Assembly (NCBI GenBank): GCA_944391715.1
Contig: CALXUP010000008.1
Span: 1,036 to 65,035, forward strand
Direction: 5' to 3'
Origin: an uncultured Alphaproteobacteria bacterium
GTDB lineage: Bacteria; Pseudomonadota; Alphaproteobacteria; RF32; CAG-239
Length of the DNA: 64,000 bases
Part shown: piece by piece, positions 52,424 to 60,680 of the stretch
How the letters are laid out: each line of letters begins with the position of its first letter
Position numbering within the stretch: the first letter of the stretch is position 1
The notes under the pieces: generated by a model
What the model saw: the letters and a program-made list of their open reading frames with translations, nothing else
What the model was told of the DNA's origin: nothing
Database searches by the model: none
Program-made: the position numbers and the translations under genes

Positions 52424-54907
52424 ATGAGAAAATCTTTATTAATGACAACGGCATTGGTGGCACTTTCGATGTCTGGCAATGCTTATGCAGATGTAACCAT
52501 CAATTCAGACACAGTTCTGGAAAGTGAATATGCCGACAATGTAATAATTTCCGGCGGTAATGTTACAGCTAAAGACAGCTCTACAGTCAGCCTTAATTAT
52601 CCTGACGGAAAAAATTTAACAGTAAACGGCGGGAACTTATCTTTAAACGATTCCACCATTTACACTTTTAACGGCAATACAGAAATCAGTGGAGATGCTG
52701 TTCTTAATTTAAATAATGACAGCGATATCGACACCAACAAATTAACTATCAGCGGAGGGACAATCAACCTTAATAAGGGGGAACTTCGCCAGAATAATAG
52801 TTTTACCATGACCGGCGGTACAATTAACGCAAACGGCCAAACGCAAATAGGTTCTGTCGGAAGAGATACCGAAAAAGTCGAAGGAACCGTCACAAGCTAT
52901 GCCGGAGGCACAACAGATATCAGCGGCGGCGTGATAAATGTTAAAGGCGGCGTAGGTCTTGGCAGTTCTGCCAATGATGTTTACGATAATGGTAATGTTA
53001 TTTTTGGTACCTCTATTAAATTAAGAGGTGATGCAACTCTGGATATTAAAGAGGGAGCAACCTTATTTGCTTATGAAAATTACAAAATTAATGAGCCGGA
53101 TTTAGATAATTCTGACCTTGATGTTGTAACCTTTGGTAATAAAGCCACAATAACAATGAATGACAACACTTCAAAAATTAATCTGGCCGGAACGTTAAGT
53201 GCCAATATTAATGGTGATGACCGCGGCAAAATTCATTTTCAAAATTCCGGTGCTCAGATTGACGGTGATGTTGAAGCTGCCAGCCTGATTTTTGAAGACA
53301 GCCATACCTTAAGCCAAGCTGTTTCCGGTGAAATCGGTGGCTTGGATATTTTTGAAATTAAAAAAGGCACCATGGTTTATGATAAGGAAATCAACGGCGG
53401 CGCTTCCAGCGTTATTGTCGGCGAAGGTGCAACGCTTGATATAGGAACAAATACTTTGCATTCCGGCGGTGAAAAAGCCGTTTCCGGTGAAGGTGTTCAC
53501 TTCAAAGACAATTCGACTTTAGCCTTTACCGTAACCGATAAAGACACTTATGGTAAAATCCACGCCAATTACGTTAATATCAGCGAAAACGGTACAAATT
53601 TAAATATGACCTTAAACGGAGCCGCTTTGGCCAAAGGTGAAACAACAACCTTAAAATTATTTAATGGTGAAGATTCCGATACGGTAGAAATCGAAGGTAA
53701 GTTTGCCAACCTGAGCCAAAATTCCCGTTATGAATTTATCGATAATGGCGACGGAACTTTTGATGTTACTTCTGTCGGTTCTGCCACAGATGCAGTAGTT
53801 GATGCCGGTGGTTCTGCCAATAATGCCGGAACAGCCGAGGCATGGGACAGCGTCAGTGCTTCAACCAGCTCTCCGGTTGCTGCCGCAGTTACGGAACAAT
53901 TGGCACAGCTTTCCAACAGCACAAATGCTGCTGAGCAGAAAGCCTATGTTGACGCTTTGACGGCGGTTGCTCCGGAAGTTGCTCCGATGGTTCAAAAGAC
54001 ACAGACAGAAACAGCTAATCAGGTCTTTGGTGCCGTATCAACCCGTTTAACCGGTGGTTCAATCTCAACAGGTGGCGAAGGTATGGCTTCCGGCGATAAT
54101 ATTTTCAAACGTGGTGCAATGTGGGTTCAGGGCTTGTTCAACAAATCCAAACTGGACGACACATCCAAGGCGAAGGGTTTTGATGCAGATTCTCAAGGTA
54201 TTGCTTTCGGTGCCGAGAAGTTTGTAACCGATGATACCAAAGTTGGTATCGGTTACGCTTATACCAACACCGATATTGATGGTTTCATGCGTGATACGGA
54301 TGTTGATACACATACTGCCATCTTGTATGGTGAATATAAACCATCCAACTGGTATGTAAATGGTATTGCGACCTATGGCTGGTCTGATTATGAAGAAAGC
54401 AAGAGTGTCGCCGGAGTTGGTGTCAAAGCTGACTACGATGTCGAAACTTTTGGCTTACAGGCAATGACTGGTTACGATATGAACATCAACGGCTTAGGCA
54501 TTACGCCGGAAGCTGGCTTGCGTTATGTTCATATCAAACAGGATGCTTATAAAGATTCTGCCGACCAACGTGTATCTGCCAATGACAGCGACATTTTGAC
54601 CGGTGTTATTGGTGCTAAGGTTAGCAAGAACTTTGAGCTGTCCAATGGTATGAACATTAAGCCGGAAGCCAGAATTGCCGCGACTTATGACCTGTTTAAC
54701 GATGACGTTAATTCTGTCGTAACCTTGGCTAATAGTTCAGCTTATGCTGTTGAAGGTGAAGCTCTTGACCGCTTCGGAATGGAATTTGGTGCCGGTGTAA
54801 CTGCGGAAGTCAACGACAATGTCGAACTCTCGCTTGGTTATGAAGGCAAATTCCGTGAGGATTACCAAGACCATACAGGCTTGATTAACGCCAAGTATAA
54901 ATTTTAA
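52424..54907 (+). CDS. autotransporter (type Va) outer-membrane protein
   Basis: Signal peptide ...GNAYA/DV. Gly/Asn/Thr-rich beta-helix-like passenger. C-terminal ~270-aa beta-barrel with alternating pattern, ending ...GLINAKYKF. Confidence 0.88.
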   Translation: MRKSLLMTTALVALSMSGNAYADVTINSDTVLESEYADNVIISGGNVTAKDSSTVSLNYPDGKNLTVNGGNLSLNDSTIYTFNGNTEISGDAVLNLNNDSDIDTNKLTISGGTINLNKGELRQNNSFTMTGGTINANGQTQIGSVGRDTEKVEGTVTSYAGGTTDISGGVINVKGGVGLGSSANDVYDNGNVIFGTSIKLRGDATLDIKEGATLFAYENYKINEPDLDNSDLDVVTFGNKATITMNDNTSKINLAGTLSANINGDDRGKIHFQNSGAQIDGDVEAASLIFEDSHTLSQAVSGEIGGLDIFEIKKGTMVYDKEINGGASSVIVGEGATLDIGTNTLHSGGEKAVSGEGVHFKDNSTLAFTVTDKDTYGKIHANYVNISENGTNLNMTLNGAALAKGETTTLKLFNGEDSDTVEIEGKFANLSQNSRYEFIDNGDGTFDVTSVGSATDAVVDAGGSANNAGTAEAWDSVSASTSSPVAAAVTEQLAQLSNSTNAAEQKAYVDALTAVAPEVAPMVQKTQTETANQVFGAVSTRLTGGSISTGGEGMASGDNIFKRGAMWVQGLFNKSKLDDTSKAKGFDADSQGIAFGAEKFVTDDTKVGIGYAYTNTDIDGFMRDTDVDTHTAILYGEYKPSNWYVNGIATYGWSDYEESKSVAGVGVKADYDVETFGLQAMTGYDMNINGLGITPEAGLRYVHIKQDAYKDSADQRVSANDSDILTGVIGAKVSKNFELSNGMNIKPEARIAATYDLFNDDVNSVVTLANSSAYAVEGEALDRFGMEFGAGVTAEVNDNVELSLGYEGKFREDYQDHTGLINAKYKF

Positions 54908-54928
54908 GCGTTAAACAGTCCAAACGAA

Positions 54929-54966
54929 GCCGCCCCGGATATTTTTTTATTCGGGGCTGCTTTTTC
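54929..54966 (+). terminator. intrinsic terminator after the autotransporter
   Basis: Stem 54929-54938 / 54951-54960 (gccgccccgg / tcggggctgc) plus a T-run. Confidence 0.7.
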
Positions 54967-55161
54967 TTTTAAAAGTGCTCTTGACAATGAAATTTTTTTA
55001 TTATATCGATTCCAACAAATCCCACCGGGTCAAGCATATTCCGGGTCTTGCTGCTTGAAAAGAAAACATGATGAACCCATTGGCTCTACAGCTTAGATTC
55101 CTCATGTTTTTTGGTTCTCTATGGCTGTAGTTATTTTAACCACATAATCATGGAGAAACGC

Positions 55162-55944
55162 ATGACAAAAGAAAAGAAAATGTTAAGTTTGCAGCAAACA
55201 CTTGAATTTTTTGCTGATGATGTAAAACCTCTCCCGTATCATTTAGATAAAGAACGTCCTCATCACATCGAAGATGAAGAAATGGACACGGCAAAAGTTA
55301 CTTTGCGTTCTTGGATTGAAACAGGCCTCTTGAAACTCTACGGTATTCCCGGCAAAATCGAAATTAACGATGTCTCCTCGTTGGATGACAATTTTTTAAA
55401 GGTCACGCAAGAGAACGGACACCAAGCATTATATCCGTACAACGACTGGATTGAACTGAACACACCGACTTCTTTCTTTAGCCACCGCTACCCGCTGGAA
55501 ATAATCCGCGACAATAAAGGGGAACCGTTGAAACGAGTTCTTTTACCCAAAGAATTATCCGGTTATGATTTTGACTGGCAACATAGCATAGTCGCCCAAA
55601 ATCTGACCTGCGTGTCATTAACCGACAATGGCATATATATTCGTACAGAAGGATTCGCCTTCATCACGGTCCAATTTGATGAATTGGATGTGTTGTGCAG
55701 AGCCGATTCTATTGATTTTGAAAAGGCAGAAGAACAATTGAAGGATGCTATATGCCAGAAATGCGGAAAACTGGAACTGAAGCAACATTACCGGAGCTGG
55801 GCCATTAAGATGAAAGAAGCCGGTTACACTCTAAATCAAGCGGCAATAGAGATTCGAAGAATCTTTGACCACTACCGCACACCATATCCAACGGAGCGGA
55901 CAATCAGGAATCACATTCAAGATATTATTCCGCCAAAACAGTAA
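55162..55944 (+). CDS. hypothetical protein (260 aa from the ATG at 55162) with a C-terminal HTH-like segment
   Basis: GGAG lies 6 nt upstream of the ATG at 55162. The C-terminus AGYTLNQAAIEIRRIF...TERTIRNHI is HTH-like. Confidence 0.5.
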   Translation: MTKEKKMLSLQQTLEFFADDVKPLPYHLDKERPHHIEDEEMDTAKVTLRSWIETGLLKLYGIPGKIEINDVSSLDDNFLKVTQENGHQALYPYNDWIELNTPTSFFSHRYPLEIIRDNKGEPLKRVLLPKELSGYDFDWQHSIVAQNLTCVSLTDNGIYIRTEGFAFITVQFDELDVLCRADSIDFEKAEEQLKDAICQKCGKLELKQHYRSWAIKMKEAGYTLNQAAIEIRRIFDHYRTPYPTERTIRNHIQDIIPPKQ

Positions 55945-55962
55945 AGCAAGCAAACACCAACC

Positions 55963-55995
55963 AAATGACCTCAAACTTTGAGGTCATTTTTTTTG
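55963..55995 (+). terminator. intrinsic terminator
   Basis: Stem aatgacctc / gaggtcatt plus a run of 8 T. Confidence 0.8.
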
Positions 55996-56010
55996 AATTT
56001 TTGCATTTTT

Positions 56011-56059
56011 CTAAAAAGTTCAGAAAAACGTCTGATTTTTTCAAAAAACATCCGATTTT
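56011..56059. repeat. iteron-like 20-nt-period direct repeats upstream of the Rep-like gene
   Basis: aaaaacgtctgatttt (56024-56039) and aaaaacatccgatttt (56044-56059), 13/16 identical. A partial third copy, aaaaagttcag, starts at 56013. Confidence 0.6.
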
Positions 56060-56158
56060 CTTCAATTCGCTTCAAATGACACAGCAGCCGCCTTCTGATA
56101 TTCTTTTGTCATAACAACAGCTTAGCGGCTACAAACAAGCAACCAAAGGATAAGGAAA

Positions 56159-56344
56159 TTGAGCAAACACCTTAAAGAATATTACGAAGAAATTCGCAGT
56201 TTCTGCCCCGAGCTTTCCGAAGAGGAAGCCATCGAGGCTGGTGATGCTCTGCTCCAAATCGCTAAGCTGCTGTCTGACACGGTTCAGGAAACACCGGAAC
56301 TGAAAACGTTAATTGAAACAGGAAAGGAGAACGAAATCGAATAA
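56159..56344 (+). CDS. small acidic hypothetical protein (61 aa, TTG start)
   Basis: AAGGATAAGGAAA lies upstream. The ORF overlaps the start of the next ORF. Confidence 0.4.
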   Translation: MSKHLKEYYEEIRSFCPELSEEEAIEAGDALLQIAKLLSDTVQETPELKTLIETGKENEIE

Positions 56345-57455
56345 AAAAAATGTTGCCGACACCTTCATTCTGCTAATTCCATACCAAGACATTAAGATTA
56401 CAAAACCTGAACGGTTTTCGCCCAATCTTGAAACTTTATGGAATTTAGGCAACGCACAATCGGTAAATTGCTCTAGCTACGCGACAGCAATTGAAAAGCA
56501 GAAACATTATTATCCTAAATTATCATTAACTGCTCATCGCCGCGTTGGAGAATATAGCGTCATGTTGCGAATAGAATTTTCGGCTATGAAACTGATTAAC
56601 CAACCGTCAAACAACCTTGAAGAAGTTTGTGATGAGGATTTTGAAACCATCGTTAAGACCTTGCAAAAGCGTATATCTGAACTTGGAGCAAGAGTTTCGC
56701 CAGAAAGCATCCGAAAGGCAAAAGTCACTCGTGTCGATTATGGCAAAAATTGCAAAGTACAGATAAAGCCTGCATTGCTGCTGCAAGAATTAGCTAAAGC
56801 AGACATAAGCAAACGCCTAGACTCTGCCAACAAAACTTACCGTAATGACGGACATTCATTGCATTTTTTAACAACGCATAAGAACGTCGTACTTTATGAT
56901 AAGTTAGCAGACATAAGAAAAGCTAATTTTAGCCCACGCCGGGCTGTAGGTGAGAATGCTCAATTACTTGATTGGACATCTCTAGCCGACGAGCAATATC
57001 TGCGTTTTGAGGTTCAGCTCGGTAATTCAGACACAATTCGGCAAACCTTAAATAAAGCAGAGGTTAACGTCCCAGAATTGACTTTTGAAAATCTATTTCA
57101 AAGTGAAATCTGTCGCAAGGTTAACCTTTATTACTGGGGTGAACTTATGCAAGCGTGCCTGATACACCATCTCTGCAATGAAAATGTCGCAGATTTGTTC
57201 AAGCAGCTACTTAACAACGGCTACAAAATCTTAAAAGCTCTGCAACTCATCGGACTAACCAGTGTCTTAAGTGAAATGGGCATGAGAGAATTTCGCTTCC
57301 ATGCCGGAAAAACACTATCACCTGCAATTTACGACTTGCTGCGGAAAATTAAAGACATCACCCCAAGAGAGGATTGGCTCATGAAGCATTATTTAGAAAT
57401 TCAGAGGATAATAGAAGAAAATAACATAATTCAACTTAAAAGGATGAAAAAATGA
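56313..57455 (+). CDS. putative replication-initiation / Rep_trans-like protein (start uncertain)
   Basis: Pattern KVTRVDYGKN ... VVLYDKLADIRK ... YLRFEVQLGN resembles the RxDxxxD / YDK / RxExxL blocks of the phage CRI / replication initiation factor families. Iteron-like repeats lie upstream. Confidence 0.45.
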   Translation: MKQERRTKSNKKNVADTFILLIPYQDIKITKPERFSPNLETLWNLGNAQSVNCSSYATAIEKQKHYYPKLSLTAHRRVGEYSVMLRIEFSAMKLINQPSNNLEEVCDEDFETIVKTLQKRISELGARVSPESIRKAKVTRVDYGKNCKVQIKPALLLQELAKADISKRLDSANKTYRNDGHSLHFLTTHKNVVLYDKLADIRKANFSPRRAVGENAQLLDWTSLADEQYLRFEVQLGNSDTIRQTLNKAEVNVPELTFENLFQSEICRKVNLYYWGELMQACLIHHLCNENVADLFKQLLNNGYKILKALQLIGLTSVLSEMGMREFRFHAGKTLSPAIYDLLRKIKDITPREDWLMKHYLEIQRIIEENNIIQLKRMKK

Positions 57456-58285
57456 ACAATTTGAACGATTCAATAAAACATATTATTTTGCTAACCAGAG
57501 TGTCCTGCTCCAAACAGGACGTTGAAGAATCAACGGAACAGCAATTGGCTATATGCCAAAAATATATCAAAAACCTCGGCATTAACAAATTTGAGGTTTA
57601 TACGCTGAAAGAAAGTTCTTCACGCGGTAACCGAAAAGAATTTCAGCAAATGATCAACGATATAAAAAAATGTGACGGCTGTACGGCTCTGGTTTTTACC
57701 AAGGTAGACAGGCTCCTACGTAGATTCAATGAGGTACCGGAACTAGACAAACTCCGACAGCAAGGAAAAATTCAGCTTCATGCCGTTAAAGACAATCTGG
57801 TACTTACTAAAGATTCTACGGCTTCAGACATCCACAGATTTCGTCTTCTTGCTGCTGATGCGGAAATGTTTAGTAACCGGATTTCTGAAGAAACCCGTGA
57901 AAAAATATTGATTTGTTGCCAACAAGGTCGCTATCCGGGACTAGCCCCCATTGGGTACAGGAATCAACGAAACAAATATGGGCTGGCGTGGATTTATACC
58001 GATGTACAAAAAGCTTTATTGGTTGCCGAAATATTTAAAAAATTTGTAGAAGGTAACAGTCTTAAACAACTTGCTGTTTGGTGCCTTAAGACAGGATTAA
58101 CTTCTGTCAAGAATAACCCTCTGGGCACTAAAGCCATAATTCGGATTTTGCAAAATCCGTTTTATATGGGGCAATTCCGCCATAACGGAAAACTTTACGC
58201 CCATTATTATGAGCGGTTGGTTAAGGAAGATGTTTGGAAAAAATGCCAAATCCGTCTGAAACATAACCGAGAAAATAAGGAATAA
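57452..58285 (+). CDS. serine recombinase, truncated type (resolvase catalytic domain plus recombinase domain; no zinc ribbon or coiled coil)
   Basis: LLTRVSCSKQD catalytic Ser region. Collinear with the first ~280 aa of the downstream large serine recombinase (VDRLLRR, APIGY, ILQNPFYMG). Confidence 0.8.
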   Translation: MNNLNDSIKHIILLTRVSCSKQDVEESTEQQLAICQKYIKNLGINKFEVYTLKESSSRGNRKEFQQMINDIKKCDGCTALVFTKVDRLLRRFNEVPELDKLRQQGKIQLHAVKDNLVLTKDSTASDIHRFRLLAADAEMFSNRISEETREKILICCQQGRYPGLAPIGYRNQRNKYGLAWIYTDVQKALLVAEIFKKFVEGNSLKQLAVWCLKTGLTSVKNNPLGTKAIIRILQNPFYMGQFRHNGKLYAHYYERLVKEDVWKKCQIRLKHNRENKE

Positions 58286-58393
58286 GGGCACCTACCTTGT
58301 CAAATGAAGGCTGGATTAAATTCCGGCCTTCATTGACTTTAAGAAACCAGCAATCCATTAATTAAAAAAACAGACAAAAAAAGGAACAACAAT

Positions 58394-59914
58394 ATGCCAA
58401 GACAGATAAAGAAATTTCAAGCAACAGCAACAAAAGGTATCATTTGGGCAAGAGTTTCATCAAGAGAACAAGAGGATGGCTACTCTTTAGATGCTCAGAT
58501 TGAAAATTCAAAAAGCTACGCCGAGCGTAGAGGAATTGAAATTATTAAAATTTTTGAGATTATTGAAAGTTCAACACAGGGGGATAGAAAACAGTTTCAT
58601 GATATGATTAACTGGGTAAAACGGCAAAAACAACGCATAGCAATTATTTCCGATAAAGTTGACAGACTACAACGACGAGTTTCAGAAGTTCCGGTGCTGG
58701 AAGAATTACGAAAAGCCGGAAAAATCGAACTGCATTTTTCGCGAGAAAATAAAGTCATAGAAAAAGATACAAACGGTTCTGATTTAGCCTGCTACAGAAT
58801 GATTGTTGTTATGGCTGAAAACTATACGGACTGTATTTCGGATAACGTAAAACGGAGCCTTAAACAGATGAGAAAAGAGGGGAAATGGGCTCATAGAGCA
58901 CCCGTAGGTTACCTAAATGTAAAAGACAGCAAAGGTAACAGTGATGTTATTATTGACCCTGACAGGGGGTTCCTTATAACGGCTCTGTTCAAAGAATACG
59001 CAAGCGGAATTTATAACTTAGAACAGATAACGAAAAAAGCACAGGAAATAGGTCTGACAATGCCCGGAAGCAAAAAATTGTACAAACAGACAATACGAAA
59101 TATCTTAAGCAATCGCTTTTATGCCGGAGAGATGTACGGTTATGGCGAGTATTACAAACATCAATATAAAACTTTAATTGACTGGAAGACATTTAACCGG
59201 TGCCAAGAAGTTTTAGAAGGACGCATGAATCATAAAGAACAAAAACACGAACATCTGTTCAAAGGAATAATGAAATGCAAAGAATGCGGTACGATGATAT
59301 CGCCTTACATCAGTATTCATGCGGCAAAAAAGAAAGGCGGAGAAAAAATCGCTTATAAATACCTTTTTTGCCCGAAATGCAAGGGTACGCACATAAATGA
59401 AGGGAAAGGCATTGAAAAAATAAAACAGGCCTTAGGCTCGCTTAAATCGCTTCCTAACGGCGTGTTAGAAAAGATGACGCATTGCCTTCAGGATTTAGTA
59501 TATGAAGACCATAGGATTGAGCTTGAACATAAAAAATATTTAGAGCGAAAATTGCTTGAATGTGACACGAAACAAGAACGGTGGCATGAGCTGTATGCCG
59601 AAGCTAGTATTACACGGAATATACATAGCAAAAAAATAAAAGAACTAGCCCAAGAAAAAGAAAAAATAGCCGAGCAGCTTTTAGGCTACAGTTACTTAGC
59701 ACAACAGAACTTTATAACACTTAAATACTTGACTAGCCTATATTTTCATGCAGACCAGATTTGGGATTTTCCGAAAAATGAGCAAAAACAGAAGATTTTA
59801 AAATTACTCTGTTCGGAAATTTTATTAGACGGGAAAAACATAGTTATTTCAATAAGAAAGCCTATCTTAGAACTGGCTAAAATAGGCTCTTGTCAAATAT
59901 GGCAGGGGCAGTAA
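58394..59914 (+). CDS. large serine recombinase (integrase)
   Basis: 506 aa with WARVSSREQ, VDRLQRR, a recombinase domain, zinc ribbon CKECG...CPKCKG and a coiled-coil region. The last 5 codons (TGG CAG GGG CAG TAA) overlap the 3' end of tRNA-Trp. Confidence 0.88.
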   Translation: MPRQIKKFQATATKGIIWARVSSREQEDGYSLDAQIENSKSYAERRGIEIIKIFEIIESSTQGDRKQFHDMINWVKRQKQRIAIISDKVDRLQRRVSEVPVLEELRKAGKIELHFSRENKVIEKDTNGSDLACYRMIVVMAENYTDCISDNVKRSLKQMRKEGKWAHRAPVGYLNVKDSKGNSDVIIDPDRGFLITALFKEYASGIYNLEQITKKAQEIGLTMPGSKKLYKQTIRNILSNRFYAGEMYGYGEYYKHQYKTLIDWKTFNRCQEVLEGRMNHKEQKHEHLFKGIMKCKECGTMISPYISIHAAKKKGGEKIAYKYLFCPKCKGTHINEGKGIEKIKQALGSLKSLPNGVLEKMTHCLQDLVYEDHRIELEHKKYLERKLLECDTKQERWHELYAEASITRNIHSKKIKELAQEKEKIAEQLLGYSYLAQQNFITLKYLTSLYFHADQIWDFPKNEQKQKILKLLCSEILLDGKNIVISIRKPILELAKIGSCQIWQGQ

Positions 59915-59975
59915 GATTCGAACTCACGACCCTCGGTTTTGGAGACCGATGCTCTACCAACTGAGCTATACCCCT
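59900..59975 (-). tRNA. trnW: tRNA-Trp (anticodon CCA)
   Basis: Manual fold of the reverse complement: AGGGGTA-TA-GCTC-AGTTGGTA-GAGC-A-TCGGT-CTCCAAA-ACCGA-GGGTC-GTGAG-TTCGAAT-CTTAC-TGCCCCT-G-CCA. 76 nt with an encoded CCA. All stems pair, with one G-U in the acceptor stem and one in the T stem. Confidence 0.9.
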
Positions 59976-60061
59976 ATCTATTCGGCCATTTCAGCCGGAC
60001 TTTTCTTTCATACACAACAACGCGCAAGAAATCAAGTACTTTTTTACATCTCGCACTATTT

Positions 60062-60613
60062 TTAACAATCTTCTTCCGGCCGATAATCCATCACTGCCGC
60101 AACCGTATCATAATCAAAACCGGCCCGGACCAAAACGCCCATATCTTTCTGCCGCATTTCTTTGCGCTCGGTCTCATCCTTACGAAACCCGGCAATTCTC
60201 TTTTTCTTTGCCAATTTTAATGCCGCATCAAAAGCACTGTATTCCTGTTCGGCAAAACATTGCTCAATAATATCTTCGCTCACACCTTTTTCTTTAAGTT
60301 TGCCGATAATATAGCGTTTGGCCTTGCCGGCGGCAATATAATCCCGGCAACGGTTTTCGGCAAAACGCTTGTCATCCAGATACCCGTAACGCTCAAAATC
60401 CGAGATAATATTCTCCACCCAACCGATTGCCTCCGTTTTATCATACCCGGGATTATAATAAGCATATTCGTTCACTCTTTTCATCAAAACCTGCCGCAAA
60501 GCCGCCTTTGTCGTATCAAACCGTTTCAGATAATAAAGCGCAATATTTTTCAGCCGCACTGACGTAATTTTTTTAACGGTTTTGACCTTTTTTGTTTCTT
60601 CTGCCGCAAACAC
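60062..60613 (-). CDS. recX: RecX family regulatory protein
   Basis: 183 aa of helical repeats. The N-terminal KNIALYYLKRFDTTKAALRQVLMKR pattern is typical of RecX. Confidence 0.7.
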   Translation of the reverse strand: MFAAEETKKVKTVKKITSVRLKNIALYYLKRFDTTKAALRQVLMKRVNEYAYYNPGYDKTEAIGWVENIISDFERYGYLDDKRFAENRCRDYIAAGKAKRYIIGKLKEKGVSEDIIEQCFAEQEYSAFDAALKLAKKKRIAGFRKDETERKEMRQKDMGVLVRAGFDYDTVAAVMDYRPEEDC

Positions 60614-60680
60614 TTGAAAATTCTCCGCCCATACATTATAAACTTATTAAACGGTTATAATTTAGCAAAGGAATAAGATT

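Larger units (their letters stand above)
47955..59899. mobile_element. ~11.9-kb integrative element inserted at the 3' end of tRNA-Trp (serine-recombinase type)
   Basis: Bounded by TGGCAG at 47955-47960 and by the tRNA 3' end at 59900-59905. Carries two serine recombinases at the tRNA-proximal end, a Rep-like gene, a tyrosine recombinase and cargo genes. Visibly more AT-rich than the core. Confidence 0.7.

Noticed and set aside
59976-60061. Promoter for tRNA-Trp (TTGATT-N17-TATGAA on the minus strand)
   Set aside because: It is only a weak hexamer match found by eye, so I did not report it as a feature.
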